From Nemertoderma westbladi (taxonomy: Eukaryota > Animalia > Xenacoelomorpha), in the NCBI GenBank assembly GCA_032718475.1, contig JAUCBJ010006157.1, positions 39,264-103,263 of the forward strand: a DNA stretch of 64,000 nucleotides. The letters are read 5' to 3'. Shown here piece by piece: positions 60,273 through 64,000 of this stretch; position 1 is the stretch's first letter; every line of letters starts with the position of its first letter. The notes under the pieces are model-generated. The model saw only the letters and a list, made by a program, of their open reading frames with translations, did no database searches and was not told the origin of the DNA. The position numbers and the translations under genes are program-made.

Positions 60273-61049
60273 TATACTAAAACTTTGCCTACAGCACAGG
60301 AACAGGACTATGCATGAAGCTACGCGCTACGGGATATCAGTAAATTTAATCTCAATGCCTGAATGCTGTCTGGCTCTGGCTGTGGCCTACCTAATTGCAT
60401 TGTATTAAATTTCAAAATTCCGCTAGGAATTGAAATAATTTTAAGAATTGCCGTAATTGGTAATCGGGGGCTACTTTAATTTTTAATTTAATTTTTAATT
60501 TCTGAACAATTTACTACATTTCTACATACAATGTAGAATGTAGACGGTGGTTGGACGGGTAGACCCATTACACCAGCCACCGTTAGCACTCAACAATTGT
60601 AGCTGCACTAAGAAACGCATTACAAAAACAAATAACCGACAAATCTACTGTACGATCGAGTATCATAGTATTCAAGCGTAAGTAATTGCAACTATAAAAC
60701 AACCAACCTACTGTAGTTATGATTATACTGCATTATACTGCAATAATTATATAAGTGCACTTTTAATTATAGAGGAATAATTCTAAACAATACATATCTA
60801 ATTAGTTGGTGTGGAAACAAAAATAGAAAACTGAATTTGGATACAAACCTAAAATTGAAATATAAAACAAAGTTCTAACTAAGATAATATCTATGCAACA
60901 ACAATACGGTACTCTATATACAGTGATCTGTATTGTAAGCATCTATCTAACAATACGGTACGTAATCTAATATATTTGTAACAATAGAAAGTGTAACAGT
61001 TTTGTTTAGCGTGTACATGTAAAATAGAAAATACATAAACAATAATAAA

Positions 61050-61690
61050 ATGCATGTAGAAAACACAGTGTTATTGCTCTGAAGCGAGCAGTTTAGTTAT
61101 GGCGTTTTTAAATAAATTTACTGAATTAGCGGTCCGTAAAGAAGAAGGCAGGGTGTTCCAGACCTCTGGTGCGCGCACTCTGATTGATTGTCTAGCAATC
61201 TCAAGGCGTGTGCGTGGTACCATATAGTTATTATTGGCTGCCGATCGCGTTTGGTGTTCATGTGTTGTTGATATGAGGGTGAGTAGAGAAGGGAATATGT
61301 CAGCTGGTAATAGTTTATGTATGTAGCTGTAGCTTAGTATTGTTATCTGTTTTATATAAATAGATCGTATTGTAAGTGGAGTGAAGTCTGTGTTGCCTTT
61401 TGATCGACAATATTCTGGGCTCTCTGTTGCAGTTTGTGCAAGGTTGAAACATTAGTAGTGAGTTTGTCTGTTGGTTTTCGTCGCTTATGTCGATGTCTGT
61501 AGTGTTTGTGTTTAGGTCTGTTGGTGTCGGTGTTTATGGTTTTATACGATTTTGCTGCCCACACAGTATTGCAGTACATCAGATACGGAGCTATCATCGT
61601 ATTGTATAATACTATTAATGTTTTTGATGTGACAAAATTTTTTATTTTATTTATTATGCCAATATTACGACTGATTTTGATACGTAGATA
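61050..61690 (-). mobile_element. 5'-truncated, degenerate L2/CR1-group LINE 3' fragment
   Basis: KISRNIGII.KIK..LIVLYNTMIAPYLMYCNTVW, followed by SIRVRAPEVWNTLPSSLR..FK. Confidence 0.7.
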
Positions 61691-62000
61691 GTCACTTTGA
61701 GCCATGGGGTAACAATGATCGGGTGGGCTAACTTTGATCACCTATTTTTTTGTAAATTTGTTACTTATATTTGTTGATGCATTATTAGGCCTATAACAAA
61801 GGCCTACTCTATATCATTCATATATTACTGTATTACACCAGTCTGCCAGTAGGCTTTCCAGAGACCTATTCAATACCAAAATACCTATAGGCCCATATTT
61901 GATTATATGGTTATTATTTGATTTTGAATGATTGCTACCTACACCTACAATGGTTTGGAATTACAAAAAGTCACTGGGTTCACGTTCCTACTGACTGACC

Positions 62001-62200
62001 TATGGAAAATTCACAAATGAAACGTTAAAGAAAGCTGTTTCAGCTGTAGGAAGCGGTTCTTCAATACGTGAAGCTTCTAAGAAGTTCAAAGTATCATTGG
62101 GACGATTTGGAATAGAATGAAGAAAGTTCATAACGCAACGGCAGTGTTGGGCATCCCGTAGCATAAGAGCCTGGAGAAGAGAAGTGCCTTTTAGATATGT
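62001..62200 (+). pseudogene. Frameshifted pipsqueak-type HTH (pogo/Fot1-like transposase N-terminal remnant)
   Basis: YGKFTNETLKKAVSAVGSGSSIREASKKFKVS / TIWNR / GHPVA*EPGEE spread across frameshifts. Confidence 0.5.
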
Positions 62201-62230
62201 GGGTATGTATGTGGTATGTATGTGGATATA

Positions 62231-63170
62231 TAGGTGTAGGTGTAGGTGTAGGTGTAGGTGTAGGTGTAGGTGTAGGTGTAGGTGTAGGTGTAGGTGTAGG
62301 TGTAGGTGTAGGTGTAGGTGTAGGTGTAGGTGTAGGTGTAGGTGTAGGTGTAGGTGTAGGTGTAGGTGTAGGTGTAGGTGTAGGTGTAGGTGTAGGTGTA
62401 GGTGTAGGTGTAGGTGTAGGTGTAGGTGTAGGTGTAGGTGTAGGTGTAGGTGTAGGTGTAGGTGTAGGTGTAGGTGTAGGTGTAGGTGTAGGTGTAGGTG
62501 TAGGTGTAGGTGTAGGTGTAGGTGTAGGTGTAGGTGTAGGTGTAGGTGTAGGTGTAGGTGTAGGTGTAGGTGTAGGTGTAGGTGTAGGTGTAGGTGTAGG
62601 TGTAGGTGTAGGTGTAGGTGTAGGAGTAGGTGTAGGTGTAGGTGTAGGTGTAGGTGTAGGTGTAGGTGTAGGTGTAGGTGTAGGTGTAGGTGTAGGTGTA
62701 GGTGTAGGTGTAGGTATAGGTGTAGGTGTAGGAGTAGGTGTAGGTGTAGGTGTAGGTGTAGGTGTAGGTGTAGGTGTAGGTGTAGGTGTAGGTGTAGGTG
62801 TAGGAGTAGGTGTAGGTGTAGGTGTAGGTGTAGGTGTAGGTGTAGGTGTAGGTGTAGGTGTATGTGTAGGTGTAGGTGTAGGTGTAAGTGTAGGTGTAGG
62901 TGTAGGTGTATGTGTAGGTGTAGGTGTAGGAGTAGGTGTAGGTGTAGGTGTAGGAGTAGGTGTAGGTGTAGGTGTAGGCGTAGGCGTAGGTGTAGGTAGG
63001 CGTATGCGTAGGTGTAGGTGTAGGTATAGGTATAGGTATATTTGTAGGTGTAGGCGTAAGTGTAGGCGTAGGTGTAGGTGTAGGCGTAGGTGTAGGTTTT
63101 GGCGTAGGTGTAGACGTAGGTGTAGGCGTAGGTGTGGGAGTAGCGTGTAGGCGTAGGTGTAGGTGTAGTC
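62231..63170. repeat. (TAGGTG)n microsatellite, ~150 copies, degenerating at its 3' end
   Basis: 6-bp periodicity. Confidence 0.97.
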
Positions 63171-63519
63171 GTAGCGTTTACACCCTACATAGTAAGGTAA
63201 TTATTGTATACAATGCAATTTGTATAAAAGGGAGTGGATATAACTTTATGTTACATAAGACAGTGAATTTCGATATTCCGAGTTACTAATGAACATACCC
63301 TACGGTCTCCTTTTTGCGTAGGCGAGAATACAACTAATTTGAATCTATGTACGGGGGGAATATAGCGGAAACAACTATGTACGAGATACTTCTACGACTA
63401 CTGGAACAATTCAATATATAGAACTACATTTACTAACTATAAAACCAATTAAGTATAATTAAACATAATAATAATAATAATAACGCCTATAATAATTAAT
63501 CTATAATGATCAAGAAAAA

Positions 63520-63868
63520 ATGATAAATAAACTACCATAACTGGAATACCGGTGTATTCCGGGTAGCTATGATAAATAAACTACCATAACTGGATTACCG
63601 GTATATTCCGGGTAGCTATGATAAATAAACTACCATAACTGGATTACCGATATATTCCGGGTAGCTATGATAAATAAACTACCATAACTGGATTACCGGT
63701 ATATTCCGGGTAGCTATGATAAATAAACTACCATAACTGGATTACCGGTATATTCCGGGTAGCTATGATAAATAAACTACCATAACTGGATTACCGGTAT
63801 ATTCCGGGTAGCTATGATAAATAAACTACCATAACTGGATTACCGGTATATTCCGGGTAGCTATGATA
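63520..63868. repeat. 49-bp tandem repeat, ~7 copies, with internal hairpin
   Basis: ATGATAAATAAACTACCATAACTGGATTACCGGTATATTCCGGGTAGCT with period 49. Confidence 0.95.
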
Positions 63869-64000
63869 TATATGAGATTTGCTATTTTTATTAGATTATT
63901 TTAACTGAACTTAACATCGAATTAATACGTACGTAAAAATTAATTTTAGTGCGCAAATTATAGTTATTACTCGCAAAAAATAATTATATTCTTCATAGAA

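Noticed and set aside
62184-63150. Poly-(CR) and poly-(GV) ORFs; telomere
   Set aside because: Microsatellite translation; the unit is not TTAGGG and unique sequence continues on both sides.

Overview
AT-rich eukaryotic (metazoan, invertebrate-like) genomic DNA with spliceosomal GT-AG introns. Host genes: the 3' end of a CCDC180-like gene (+, last four exons 5287-15627) whose introns are swollen by four different satellites; a 4-exon chymotrypsin-like serine protease (+, 16608-17915); an intronless SUV39H/Su(var)3-9-type SET gene with no recognisable chromodomain (+, 44086-46557); and a 2-exon WDR81 (BEACH+WD40) gene (-, 53186-59842). 20-44 kb is a stack of nested mobile elements: a tRNA-derived SINE, MITEs, a TTAA-flanked piggyBac-like element carrying an ~11.7 kb non-autonomous BEL/Pao LTR element with an extra ~800-codon zinc-knuckle ORF, and a CR1-group LINE split by an intact IS3EU-type DNA transposon (TAC..GTA termini, 6-bp TSD TATTCA) encoding a DDE transposase plus a HECT-type E3 ligase. 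Most notable: the HECT-carrying transposon, a 30-bp satellite that is a ~195-fold amplification of an exon/5'-splice-site junction, the chromodomain-less SUV39H with PIP-box and SIM-like motifs, and the BEL derivative with in-frame TAG-G stops in both long ORFs. All family assignments are by visual motif recognition, without database searches.
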